Shown piece after piece: positions 52,084 through 64,000 of a DNA stretch of 64,000 bases; within the stretch, counting starts at the first letter, position 1, and each line of letters starts with the position of its first letter. The notes beneath the pieces are model-generated. The model ran no database searches. It was not told where the DNA came from and saw nothing but the letters and a program-made list of their open reading frames with translations. This DNA comes from Octopus bimaculoides (Eukaryota). Where the stretch lies: positions 34,709,146 to 34,773,145 of the forward strand of contig NC_069001.1 of the NCBI RefSeq assembly GCF_001194135.2, given 5' to 3'. The position numbers were made by a program, and so were the translations under genes.

Positions 52084-52492
52084 TATATATAATGCGTTAC
52101 CATCAACATCATCTTAATTATTTTCATCTTTGACATTACAATTACTATCATCATCATTGTCATCATCATCATCATCATCATCTTTGTATAAGATGGGTCA
52201 GTTTATGTCTTCCTCACCACTGAATTTTGCCACTTGTTACAGTCAATTGTCATCACCTCTCATGAAGTCCAGCCGCTGGAGATCAGCTTTCACTATCATT
52301 TCTTCCTATGTCTATCTTGGTCTGTCTCTTCTGCATGTTCCTTCCAATTTGATCGCTTGACACTTTATCAACAAACTGTCTCATCACTTTATCTATCTAT
52401 CTATCTTTCTGACTATCTGTTTATTTCCCTTCCAATCTATTTGCCTATCTCTGTCACACTCTCTCACTCCCTCCATGGATATATCTATCTAA

Positions 52493-52531
<39 letters not shown>

Positions 52532-52844
52532 TGCATACACAACATGAAATGAACAGATAATATTGATATTTCTCCATGCATTTCCATAGCAAGTGTATTA
52601 TTCATACATTACATCCAAAACTGACATGCCATAACATGTCATACACACACACACACACACACACACATGTACAAATATATATACATACACACATACATAG
52701 ATACAAACATACGTACATACATACATACATACGTACATACATACATACATACATACATACATACATACATGCATACATACTTACATATACATATATATTT
52801 ATATATCATCATTGTTGTTGTCGTTTAGTGTCTGTTTTCCATGC

Positions 52845-52878
<34 letters not shown>

Positions 52879-53161
52879 CAANNNNNNNNNNNNNNNNNNN
52901 NNNNNNNNNNNNNNNNNNNNNNNNNNNNNNNNNNNNNNNNNNNNNNNNNNNNNNNNNNNNNNNNNNNNNNNNNNNNNNNNNNNNNNNNNNNNNNNNNNNN
53001 NNNNNNNNNNNNNNNNNNNNNNNNNNNNNNNNNNNNNNNNNNNNNNNNNNNNNNNNNNNNNNNNNNNNNNNNNNNNNNNNNNNNNNNNNNNNNNNNNNNN
53101 NNNNNNNNNNNNNNNNNNNNNNNNNNNNNNNNNNNNNNNNNNNNNNNNNNNNNNNNNNNNN

Positions 53162-53420
53162 GAAATGAAAAGTTTTTACTCTTCTAAACCAGAAACGCGT
53201 CTATGATTAACTACGACTGGTTAGGTTTGTTATTTTTTCTTCTTGTTTTGCCTTTGTGAGTTACAAGTACTGCTATCTGTTGGAGTTTCAGCACTTTAGC
53301 TGCTATTTCTGAACTTCGGTATGTGGTGAAGCAACTGTTGCTGATCCCTTAATTATGTTTATAGATGTATAAGAACTTTTAAATAAGTTCTTCACCAACA
53401 ATGGTGTTTACATACCGAAT
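53162..53420 (+). repeat. Interspersed repeat, possibly a Penelope-like terminal region; partial copy at 9240-9305
   Basis: ~65 bp shared with 9240-9305 (TTCTGAACTTC.GTATGTGGTGAAGCAAC.TGTTGCTGATCCCTTAATT); CCAGAAACGCGTC motif. Confidence 0.4.
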
Positions 53421-53503
53421 AGCTTGGTAAAAATTATTAATTATTAATTTATATATATATTAATTGGCATAACTCAATAACGCTGACATCACTCTGCTGT
53501 TGG

Positions 53504-53557
<54 letters not shown>

Positions 53558-53899
53558 GACACTGGCTCTTCTGACTTTGACGTTCTGCTACGGTGATGTG
53601 ACGACTCTGGGCATTCCGCCATGTCAACCAGATGTGTCAATAATAATAACAGTAACAGTAATAATAATAATAATAATGATAATAATAATAATAATAGTAA
53701 TGATAGGATTTCAAGATTGGAGTTTGGGTGTTGAGTGTCTTCTACGATAAGTTAATATTCAAGTACCAAAGCTTATAATTTGCAGAAGGAGACCCTGTGA
53801 GTCCTCTGACAACAGGTTGCTGTCTGCTCTTGCAGAATCAACCAGAACAAGTAAGACTGAGAGCTCTGAGAAGTAAAACAATACTAAATGATTTCTTTT

Positions 53900-54105
53900 C
53901 TTCTTTTATTTGTTTTAGTCATTTTGACGGTGGCCATGCTGGAGCACTGCCTTTAGTCAAACAAATCGACCCCAGGGCTTATTCTTTGTAAGCCTAGTAC
54001 TTATTCTATTGGTCTCTTTTGCTGAACCGCTAAGTTATGGGGACATAAACACACCAGCATCGGTTGTCAAGTGATGGTGGGGGCGGGGACAAACACTGAC
54101 AGACA

Positions 54106-54151
<46 letters not shown>

Positions 54152-54312
54152 CGATGGGCGTTTTTCAGTTTCCGTCTGACAAATCCACTCACAAGGCTTT
54201 GGTCGGACCGAGGCTATAGTAGAAGACACTTGTCCACGGTGCCACGCAGTGGGACCGAACGCAGAACCATGTGGTTGGTAAGCAAGCTACCTACCACACA
54301 GCCTCTCCTGCA
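53900..54312 (-). mobile_element. SINE family A, full length
   Basis: Complete head, internal (TA)n(TG)n and tail. Confidence 0.92.
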
Positions 54313-54362
54313 CCTAATAATAATAATAATAATAATGATGATGATAATAATAGTAATAATAG

Positions 54363-54588
54363 TGGTTTCAAATTTTTGGCACAAGTCAGCAATATTGTGG
54401 GGAGTGGGGAGGCAGGGACAAGTCAATTACATTGACCCCCGCAACAGATCTACTGGTCCTTATTTTATTAATTCTGAAAGGATGAAAGCAAAGCTGACCT
54501 CAATAGAACTTGAACTCAGAATGTAAAGACAGGATGAAATGAGGCTAAGCATTTGGCATGGCAACAATCTTGCCAGCTTACTGCCTTC
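54363..54588 (-). mobile_element. SINE family B, full length
   Basis: Tail, core, B-box and head in reverse orientation. Confidence 0.8.
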
Positions 54589-54630
54589 AATGATGGTGAT
54601 GATGATGATGACGATGACGGTGATGATGAC

Positions 54631-54689
<59 letters not shown>

Positions 54690-54726
54690 CGATGACGATG
54701 ATGATGACGATGACGGTGATGATGAC

Positions 54727-54771
<45 letters not shown>

Positions 54772-55767
54772 NNNNNNNNNNNNNNNNNNNNNNNNNNNNN
54801 NNNNNNNNNNNNNNNNNNNNNNNNNNNNNNNNNNNNNNNNNNNNNNNNNNNNNNNNNNNNNNNNNNNNNNNNNNNNNNNNNNNNNNNNNNNNNNNNNNNN
54901 NNNNNNNNNNNNNNNNNNNNNNNNNNNNNNNNNNNNNNNNNNNNNNNNNNNNNNNNNNNNNNNNNNNNNNNNNNNNNNNNNNNNNNNNNNNNNNNNNNNN
55001 NNNNNNNNNNNNNNNNNNNNNNNNNNNNNNNNNNNNNNNNNNNNNNNNNNNNNNNNNNNNNNNNNNNNNNNNNNNNNNNNNNNNNNNNNNNNNNNNNNNN
55101 NNNNNNNNNNNNNNNNNNNNNNNNNNNNNNNNNNNNNNNNNNNNNNNNNNNNNNNNNNNNNNNNNNNNNNNNNNNNNNNNNNNNNNNNNNNNNNNNNNNN
55201 NNNNNNNNNNNNNNNNNNNNNNNNNNNNNNNNNNNNNNNNNNNNNNNNNNNNNNNNNNNNNNNNNNNNNNNNNNNNNNNNNNNNNNNNNNNNNNNNNNNN
55301 NNNNNNNNNNNNNNNNNNNNNNNNNNNNNNNNNNNNNNNNNNNNNNNNNNNNNNNNNNNNNNNNNNNNNNNNNNNNNNNNNNNNNNNNNNNNNNNNNNNN
55401 NNNNNNNNNNNNNNNNNNNNNNNNNNNNNNNNNNNNNNNNNNNNNNNNNNNNNNNNNNNNNNNNNNNNNNNNNNNNNNNNNNNNNNNNNNNNNNNNNNNN
55501 NNNNNNNNNNNNNNNNNNNNNNNNNNNNNNNNNNNNNNNNNNNNNNNNNNNNNNNNNNNNNNNNNNNNNNNNNNNNNNNNNNNNNNNNNNNNNNNNNNNN
55601 NNNNNNNNNNNNNNNNNNNNNNNNNNNNNNNNNNNNNNNNNNNNNNNNNNNNNNNNNNNNNNNNNNNNNNNNNNNNNNNNNNNNNNNNNNNNNNNNNNNN
55701 NNNNNNNNNNNNNNNNNNNNNNNNNNNATGATGATGATGATGATGACGATGATGATGACGATGACGG

Positions 55768-55800
<33 letters not shown>

Positions 55801-55901
55801 CGATGATGATGATGATGATGGTGATGATGGTGATAATTACAATCTTTATGATTCTTCTGTTATGCTGTCTCCCTCACTTTCTTTTAATACAGTAGATACT
55901 G

Positions 55902-55939
<38 letters not shown>

Positions 55940-56252
55940 ATGTATTATACACACTTTCATGTATACACATACACTTTGATGTATACACATACACAAACAT
56001 ATACAGACATCTTTACACTGGCAGCCCCCTATACACTCAAACACACACACATACATATACACACATACAAACACATGCACACACACAAACACATGCACAG
56101 AGAGACACACACAAACACTCACACACCACACACACGCACACACCTGTAGTAACACTCACATGCTTATACACACACATGTATATACACATACTCACAGAGA
56201 CACACACGTATCTAATACACACAAACACATGCACACACACATATACACATAC

Positions 56253-56298
<46 letters not shown>

Positions 56299-57013
56299 NN
56301 NNNNNNNNNNNNNNNNNNNNNNNNNNNNNNNNNNNNNNNNNNNNNNNNNNNNNNNNNNNNNNNNNNNNNNNNNNNNNNNNNNNNNNNNNNNNNNNNNNNN
56401 NNNNNNNNNNNNNNNNNNNNNNNNNNNNNNNNNNNNNNNNNNNNNNNNNNNNNNNNNNNNNNNNNNNNNNNNNNNNNNNNNNNNNNNNNNNNNNNNNNNN
56501 NNNNNNNNNNNNNNNNNNNNNNNNNNNNNNNNNNNNNNNNNNNNNNNNNNNNNNNNNNNNNNNNNNNNNNNNNNNNNNNNNNNNNNNNNNNNNNNNNNNN
56601 NNNNNNNNNNNNNNNNNNNNNNNNNNNNNNNNNNNNNNNNNNNNNNNNNNNNNNNNNNNNNNNNNNNNNNNNNNNNNNNNNNNNNNNNNNNNNNNNNNNN
56701 NNNNNNNNNNNNNNNNNNNNNNNNNNNNNNNNNNNNNNNNNNNNNNNNNNNNNNNNNNNNNNNNNNNNNNNNNNNNNNNNNNNNNNNNNNNNNNNNNNNN
56801 NNNNNNNNNNNNNNNNNNNNNNNNNNNNNNNNNNNNNNNNNNNNNNNNNNNNNATTGCAGGAGAATAGGAATGAAATATGACATGACAGTGTTAATGTTG
56901 TATGAGACATGTAATGGAAGCATGCAAATAGATTGCCGATATCATATTGCATCAGATATATTATATATCATATATTACATATATACATATATATATATGT
57001 GTAATATAATGAT

Positions 57014-57046
<33 letters not shown>

Positions 57047-57059
57047 TTATATATATATA

Positions 57060-57095
<36 letters not shown>

Positions 57096-57125
57096 GATAT
57101 ATATATTATAATATACACATAATTT

Positions 57126-57164
<39 letters not shown>

Positions 57165-57227
57165 GATATTACTGGATATATGACACTCTGGATGATATAT
57201 GTATGTATGTGTGTATGTATGAAATAG

Positions 57228-57650
57228 CAAAGCTTGCTTCCCAACCACATGGTTCCAGGTTCAGTTCCACTATGAGGCACCCTGGGCAATTGTCCTTTGA
57301 TACAGAAGATACATTTCTTTCCCCATGTCAGCAGCATTTGGATGGGATGCATTGCAGCATCTTTTCTATGGCTGGACAATGTCCTTCTGGTCATAAACTC
57401 TCGCTTATTTTCAAGCACGATAATATTTCCCCATGGCTGAACATGTTTTCACAGAAGACTGGAAAGAGCGATTCCAGCTGTCCGACAGCCATTCTCATTT
57501 ATGTCTGTCTATTGCATCATATCTAAACAAGGAGACACAAACGCACACACACACACAGGCACACACATCTATCTTTTACTTGTTCCACTCATTAGACTGC
57601 GGCCATGCTGGGGCACTGTCATGAAGACCTTTTAGTTAAATGAATCAACT
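57228..57650. mobile_element. SINE family A fragments (plus head 57228-57300; minus tail 57568-57650)
   Basis: Match to the family A head and tail. Confidence 0.7.
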
Positions 57651-58484
57651 CCATTTCTTTTTTTTTTTCAATCCTCTCATTGTCACAGCTATTTCAAGGG
57701 AGAAAATCACTTCATAATATTTGGTGGGATTAAAAGACCGAATTTGAAATCAAGAAATTATAAGGAAAAAGAATTCACATACTTAATTTTTTCGTTAACC
57801 TATTGTTGTGGAGGACACCCTCTGGGAGAGAAGTGCTGGGGCCAATTTCAAAGTGGAATGTAGGCCTGACAGTAGCCCAATAATGGGGTCAAGTCAAATA
57901 TACAGTGCAGTAGAGCTCAGTGCAATCTTCTGACTGCTCAGCTCCTGTCAAACTATACAACCTAAGCCAAGACAGAAAACAGACATTAAATGATGATGAT
58001 AATGAAGGGAAGGAGGAGGATGATAACTTATTATGAAGTTCTTGAAATTTCCAGTTGGTGGTAATTATGTAAATTACCATTTCGCTCTTTTTAGATCTCA
58101 TCAGCATGACATAACCTTTGACTGAAAAGTCACATGAATTTGATGAAATGCTTTCTTAGAGACATCGATATAGTTAAATCATAAAATAAATGAACAGCAA
58201 CAGAAATCGATATGTGTTTATATTCATGGAAAGGAGGTTTGAAAATACAACAACAACATGAAATTGAATCTTACCACTTCTGTTATCACTTTGATTTCTT
58301 TAATGACTTGGTCACAAGAGATGTCAGGGAGGTGAATATCTTCTGGCTTTCATTAGGCACGCCAAAATGTATGGAAGGAAGGAAGGAAGAGAATCTTCCA
58401 TTGATCTACATTAAATGCTTGCAAGGGAGAGAACTCCACTAAAGGTACCAATGCACCAGGTATTGCTGTTTAAACTGGACAATG

Positions 58485-58880
58485 GACAGTAGTAGGCATC
58501 CGTTGGTCTTGAGAGGCCATGGATCTGCACCTGAAGAAATCGTGTCAACTACTGATGGTGGTGCAGCATCTGCTGTGGCTGTAGAGAGGCCCACATGGGA
58601 GTGACAGTCATGTATACAGTGACTGCATTTGAAGGAGCTCTCTGCCGGTGCTACTGGGTTTTTTCCGTCCACCAAATGCACCTTTCTTTAGTAGTGAGTT
58701 CCTGTTCTTCTCCCCCTTTTGCCGTATCTGTCTCCAGCATGGGCAATCATTTGCAACCTCCTCCCATCTCAGAACATCCAGGTCAAGTGACTTCATATCT
58801 TTCTTGCAGGCATCCTTGAAACAAAGATGAGGTTGTCCTTGTGCTCTTGCGCCAATGTTCAGATCCCCATGATGGACAAA
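58485..58880 (-). mobile_element. RTE (BovB-type) LINE, 5'-truncated 3' end, frameshifted
   Basis: Minus translation ..GARAQGQPHLCFKDACKKDMKSLDLDVLRWEEVANDCPCWRQ.. and ..FKCSHCIHDCHSHVG(LYSHSR) C-terminal zinc-finger-like motif, then GGATGCCTACTACT tail. Confidence 0.8.
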
Positions 58881-59059
58881 TAGTTAATAGGACAGGCTTC
58901 TACATGGATTCCGTCAATTTTAAAACCAAATTTCATTCACAAGGTTTTGGTTGGTCTGCGATTATTATTCGTTTTTTTTTTTTATTATTATTATATATTT
59001 TACTTGACCCCATTATTAGGCTACTGCCAGGTTGGGATTCCACCTAGAAATTGGCCCCA

Positions 59060-59360
59060 GTACTCATTTTTAAAAATTTAGTCCATATTCTTTCACCCTT
59101 TTTTGCTAAACTGCTAAGTTACAGAGACTGCCGACAGTAGTTGACAAGTAGTAGAAGAGGGAGAAATACTAACACAAAGACGTACCCACAAATACATACG
59201 TGTATGTGACAGGCTTCCACACAGTTTCCATTTACTAAATTCAGCCACATTGGTCAACCTAGGGCTTTTAGTTGAAAGTACTTGTTGAAGGTGTAGTAAA
59301 TTGGGTTGGAACCCAAACTACAGAATGGTCAAGTAAACTTCTAAAACCCTATCACCATGC
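59060..59360 (-). mobile_element. Old, diverged SINE family A copy
   Basis: TTTTGCTAAACTGCTAAGTTAC and CAGTTTCCATTTACTAAATTC remnants. Confidence 0.55.
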
Positions 59361-60121
59361 CTGAAGACACTAACTCAGGGAGCAACAAACTGAAACTGAA
59401 CTCAGACCACTTAGTTGTGAAGTAAACAACTTAACCCCCTACAGTCGCACTTGTGCCATAATGCCATGATATATTTCTGGGGGACAGACAACACGTTGTT
59501 TTGTGGATTGTTTTTGGTGCCACAGAAATAAAAAATAAAAAGAACAAATATTTTGTTTCCATGCTGTGTGAGTAACAGACTTTTTATCAAAATATTTATC
59601 GATTTACCTCAGGAAAAAAAAAGGGGGAAAAAAAACATTCTAGAATCAATTCTAACAACAAAGAAAAGTAAACAAAAAAGAATTAAAGTATTTTTGTGTT
59701 TTTTTATTCATTGTTTTATTTATTTGCATTTGATATCATCAATTATACATTGCGTAATTTGATTCTGTCGCTTGTCATCATAATTCACATGATGGCTCGG
59801 TCAGAAAAACACAAATCACTGAGCGATCTGTGACCAAATTATGAACTAATAAAAAGCCACAAAGACAGAATCGGTGAACTGTGACCAAAACAGCTATAAT
59901 TAAATGGTTGGGTTGAAAATACTGTCTGGCCAATATGTGTTTGTCTACAGATCTGTTTGTACTGTCCAAGCTGGAATAATGGCTTAAGGTCATGGATGAT
60001 GAAGACGAGGGGGAAAAATCTTATGACGGGGTCTTTATCTATGGTTAGAATGAAAGTAATTCTTTCTTCTTGCTGGTGTTGCTGTTGATGATGATGATTA
60101 CCTTGAAGGTGGTAATGATAA

Positions 60122-60500
60122 TGGTTAGAGTGTCGGGCTTACAATCATGAGGTAGGGAGTTCAAATCCTGGACTGGGCTGCATGTTGTGTTCTTGAGCAA
60201 GACACTTTATTTCACATTGCACCAGTTCACTCAGCTGTAGAACTGAGTTGCAACGCCACTGGTGCCAAGCTGTATTGGCCCCTTTGCTTTTCTCTTGGAT
60301 AACATCTGTGGCATGAGGAGGAGAGGCTGGACAGGGCACTGGTCTGTCACAGGATTACTCATTTTTGCCAGCTGAGTGGACAGGAACAAAGTGAAATGAA
60401 GTGCCTTGCTCAAGAACAGAACACATCATCCAGTCCAGGAATCAAAACCACAATCTTACCATCATGTGTCCAACACCCTAACCACTAAGCCACGTGCTCC
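60122..60500. mobile_element. Two family D SINEs, tail-to-tail inverted (plus 60122-60332; minus 60350-60500)
   Basis: Shared CCTGGACTGG..TGTTCTTGAGCAAG.CACTT.ATTTCAC...CACTCAGCTG on opposite strands. Confidence 0.8.
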
Positions 60501-60559
60501 CCACACCAGCTTGATATGAACAAAGTGTTTCCCCTTGAAACAGAGACAGTGTATTTCAA

Positions 60560-60900
<341 letters not shown>

Positions 60901-61666
60901 TCAAAAGAACAAAAAGCAGAATTCACTGCTAACCTCTGTAGGATTTGAACCCAAACAGCAGAAATCCAAAGTAAATACAAAACATTTGTCCTACACTCCA
61001 GCATTAGTGCCAATTTGATTCACGCATGTTCTTTAAATGGCAAGAACAATATTAAAAATCAGAATGAGAAATATTGCTGAAACAGCTTAATCAATGGTTG
61101 TTAGCAAAAACTTCATGCTGTGTCCTGCTGTCAGAACATACCATACGTTACAGTAGAATTCAGTGGAATTTCTTCGTGTTTATTTCTGAATAAGCTCTGT
61201 CAATTCACTTGTCGACAAACAGCATTAAAACTAAACTGATTAAAAACCAAGAGATTTATTGCATGAATATATTACCATTTTTAGATGTATTCCACTTTTA
61301 GAGACAGTCTGACCATGTTACATGTTTTCTATGCTTATTTAAACCAGCTTATCCATGTTCAATTCAATTCTCCTGGTATTTATTTTATTGAAGTGCTGAT
61401 ATTTGCGAAAAATAAAATTTAAGTGGAATTACAGACAAGAAGAGCTTTGTGGTTAACAAGTTCACTTGCAGCTATATGGTTTCAAGTTCTGTCCCACTGC
61501 ATGGTAGCATAGAAAAGTATCTTACTAGACCTCCTGGACAAGCAATGCTGGAGGAGTGAATTTCATAAATTGAAACTGTGTAGAAGCCTGTCTTGTATAT
61601 ATGTGTCTACATGTGTGTGTGTGTTTCTGTTTTTTACACCATCTCATGTATATATGTCTATATATT

Positions 61667-61706
<40 letters not shown>

Positions 61707-61809
61707 TTGTGATCACGTGACTGACCAGGCTATCAGATGTTGTTACACATTGCTGGTCACAATGTGCTTTTGCATTGTTTTAGCCTTTATGTGGGTAATA
61801 AAGAAATAA

Positions 61810-61844
<35 letters not shown>

Positions 61845-62599
61845 CATTATTATTATCATCATTATTTTCTTGTTCATTCAAAGAGTTTATTTTTTGTAAT
61901 TTCTCTTTCTGAAAATCTCATTCACTTATTTAGTTCAGTGACAAATGATTTCTGTTCGTCTATTCTCCCATTAACAAAATGAATTTGCGATGTCCTAAAA
62001 CCTGACACACAAACATTTATCCTCTTCAGGCTTTATTATCTCTGGATTACTGCGTAAACAAAAATTTCCATCAAAACTACTTCATTTGGAAAATATCTTC
62101 ATTATCATCTAATCACAAAAAACTTTTCTTTCTTATTTCCATTATCAAACTTTGACAGAATATGGTATTATTCCATCTCAGATAAAACACACACATGCAT
62201 ACACATACACACATATACACATGCACACAATGTTATATTGAAGAACGTTCCCACCAACCCAACCTCCCCATCATTTCATACACACAAGCACACAAATTTC
62301 AAAACAGATTGCATTGTACTTTTATTTGCCATATTATATCATTCTTGCTTCAAAAGTCATTTATTTTCTGTTGTAATATCCTTAAAGTGACCAGCATTAA
62401 AAACATCTTCTCATTATATTAATTCGGATTGAGAAAAACAAAAAAAGAACCAAATTAGTTCTTCGTAAATAGCCATATTAGATATCTTTGATGAATTCTT
62501 CAAAATGTGGTCAGGAATCTCGAATAATTTTACATCAATATTTTTAAGGGATTCACTACTTTTGTTATTAGTTTTAGCTTCCACTTATATTATATATAA

Positions 62600-62674
<75 letters not shown>

Positions 62675-62714
62675 CGCATTTGTTTCATTATTTTTAATTC
62701 GTTTTTATTTACAG

Positions 62715-62773
62715 TCAATCCAGATATTAATGGAAAATTTGTTGACTTTATCATAAAGAGATATGTCTTCCAA
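62715..62773 (+). CDS. Candidate 59-nt internal exon (x)NPDINGKFVDFIIKRYVFQ (phase 1 in, phase 0 out)
   Basis: (TG)n followed by a long T-rich tract and ttacag| acceptor; open frame; donor CAA|GTTAGA only moderate. Confidence 0.3.
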
Positions 62774-62929
62774 GTTAGAAATATAAATGTACTTACTGTT
62801 ATTTTATTGTGTGTGTGTGTGTAAATATAGTCATTACTATTTCTGTATGTGTGTCATGTGATTGTCCATCAGAGAATCAATTATTCAGCAATATTTTACT
62901 CTCATTAATCAGTATTTTAATCAAGCAAT

Positions 62930-63110
62930 AGAACCAAATGACATCACCATCAACAAAATCATTATCATCGTCTTCGTCTCCATCATCTTATTTATCATTG
63001 CCATGATCATCCCTGTCAGCTTATTTATGATCATCATCATCATCATCATCACTATCACCATCATCATCACTATCACCATCATCATCACCATCATCCCCAG
63101 CAACTTACTT

Positions 63111-63141
<31 letters not shown>

Positions 63142-63356
63142 CTATCACCATAATCATCACTATCACCATCATCACTATCACCATCATCATCACTATCACC
63201 ATCATCATCACTATCACCATCATCATCACCATCATCCCCAGCAACTTACTTATCATCATCATCATCATCACTATCACCATCATCATCACTATCACCATCA
63301 TCATCACCATCATCCCCAGCAACTTACTTATCATCATCATCATCATCATCATCTCG

Positions 63357-63390
<34 letters not shown>

Positions 63391-63570
63391 CCACCATCAT
63401 CATCATCATGATGCCCAGTAGCTTGTTTTATCATCATCATCGACATCATCATCGCCATCACCATTATCACAATCATCATTATCCTTGTTCCCGTCAGCTT
63501 ACTTATCGCCACCATAATCATAATCATCATTATGACCATCATCAACATCATCTTCATCAACATCATCCTG
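62930..63570. repeat. Degenerate (ATC)n tract with a recurring ATCCCCAGCAACTTACTT insert
   Basis: Insert at ~63093, ~63235 and ~63313, with variants at ~63010, 63410 and 63490. Confidence 0.85.
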
Positions 63571-63767
63571 ACATGCCACTTTTCCATGCCTACATATGTT
63601 CACACAAAACTCATCAAGGCAAATTTTCTATGACCAGATGCTCTTCCTGTCTCCAATCAGTCTCCATTTCCCCCAAAAATCTAACAGTGCTGCTTATACT
63701 CAAAACACAAACACCCCATCAGGGATCAACTGCCACCCTGTCTTCTAACCATGGCAAAATTCTTTTT

Positions 63768-63980
63768 ATTTTCTTTTACTTGTTTCAGTCATTTGACTGC
63801 GGCCATGCTGCAGCAGCACCTCGAGGGGTTTTAGTCGAACAAATCGACTCCAGGACTTATTTTCTAAGCCTAGTACTTATTCTAGCAGTCTCTTTTTGCC
63901 AAACTGCTAAGTTACAGGTATGCAAATACACCAAAACCAGTTATAAAGCAGTGATGGAGCAACAAACCCTGACACAATGA
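63768..63980 (-). mobile_element. SINE family A, 3' half
   Basis: Tail reverse complement, ending in (CA)n at the window end. Confidence 0.85.
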
Positions 63981-64000
63981 CACACACACACACACACACA

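Noticed and set aside
53449-53640. Minus ORF MAECPESSHHRSRTSKSEEPVSM...
   Set aside because: Runs into a (GA)n repeat and has no convincing donor.
7874-56952. Long ORFs containing X runs
   Set aside because: They only span N gaps and dinucleotide repeats.

Overview
Eukaryotic, essentially intronic/intergenic DNA, most likely from an Octopus genome. This is inferred from the very dense (TA)/(CA)/(GA)/(ATC)/(AAT)/(ATAG) microsatellites and the tRNA-derived SINE families, not from a database hit. There are 15 N-gaps (~5.1 kb), nearly all at microsatellites, and three of them carry falsely duplicated flanks. No complete gene, rRNA, real tRNA gene or CRISPR array is present, and almost every listed ORF is a microsatellite or N-gap artefact. 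The best coding signal is a plus-strand first coding exon at 17275-17493 (Kozak ATG, polyQ17, 73 aa, CAG|GTAAGA donor) of an unidentified gene. Several weaker exon or microexon candidates occur on both strands. The rest is at least five SINE families (labelled A-E here), LINE remnants (including a clear RTE-BovB-type 3' end), piggyBac-like and hAT-like MITEs and Helitron-like elements. The most unusual signals are structural: a perfect 54-bp inverted repeat 500 bp apart with no TSD (43913-44520), an ~80-bp tandem array whose units each fold into a hairpin (6573-6935), closely spaced inverted SINE pairs (possible A-to-I editing substrates), a 147-bp dimeric repeat abutting a 19-bp E-box array, and a candidate 9-nt microexon. 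I cannot claim a new biological system; these are leads to test. Coordinates and identities were read by eye, and repeat boundaries are approximate.
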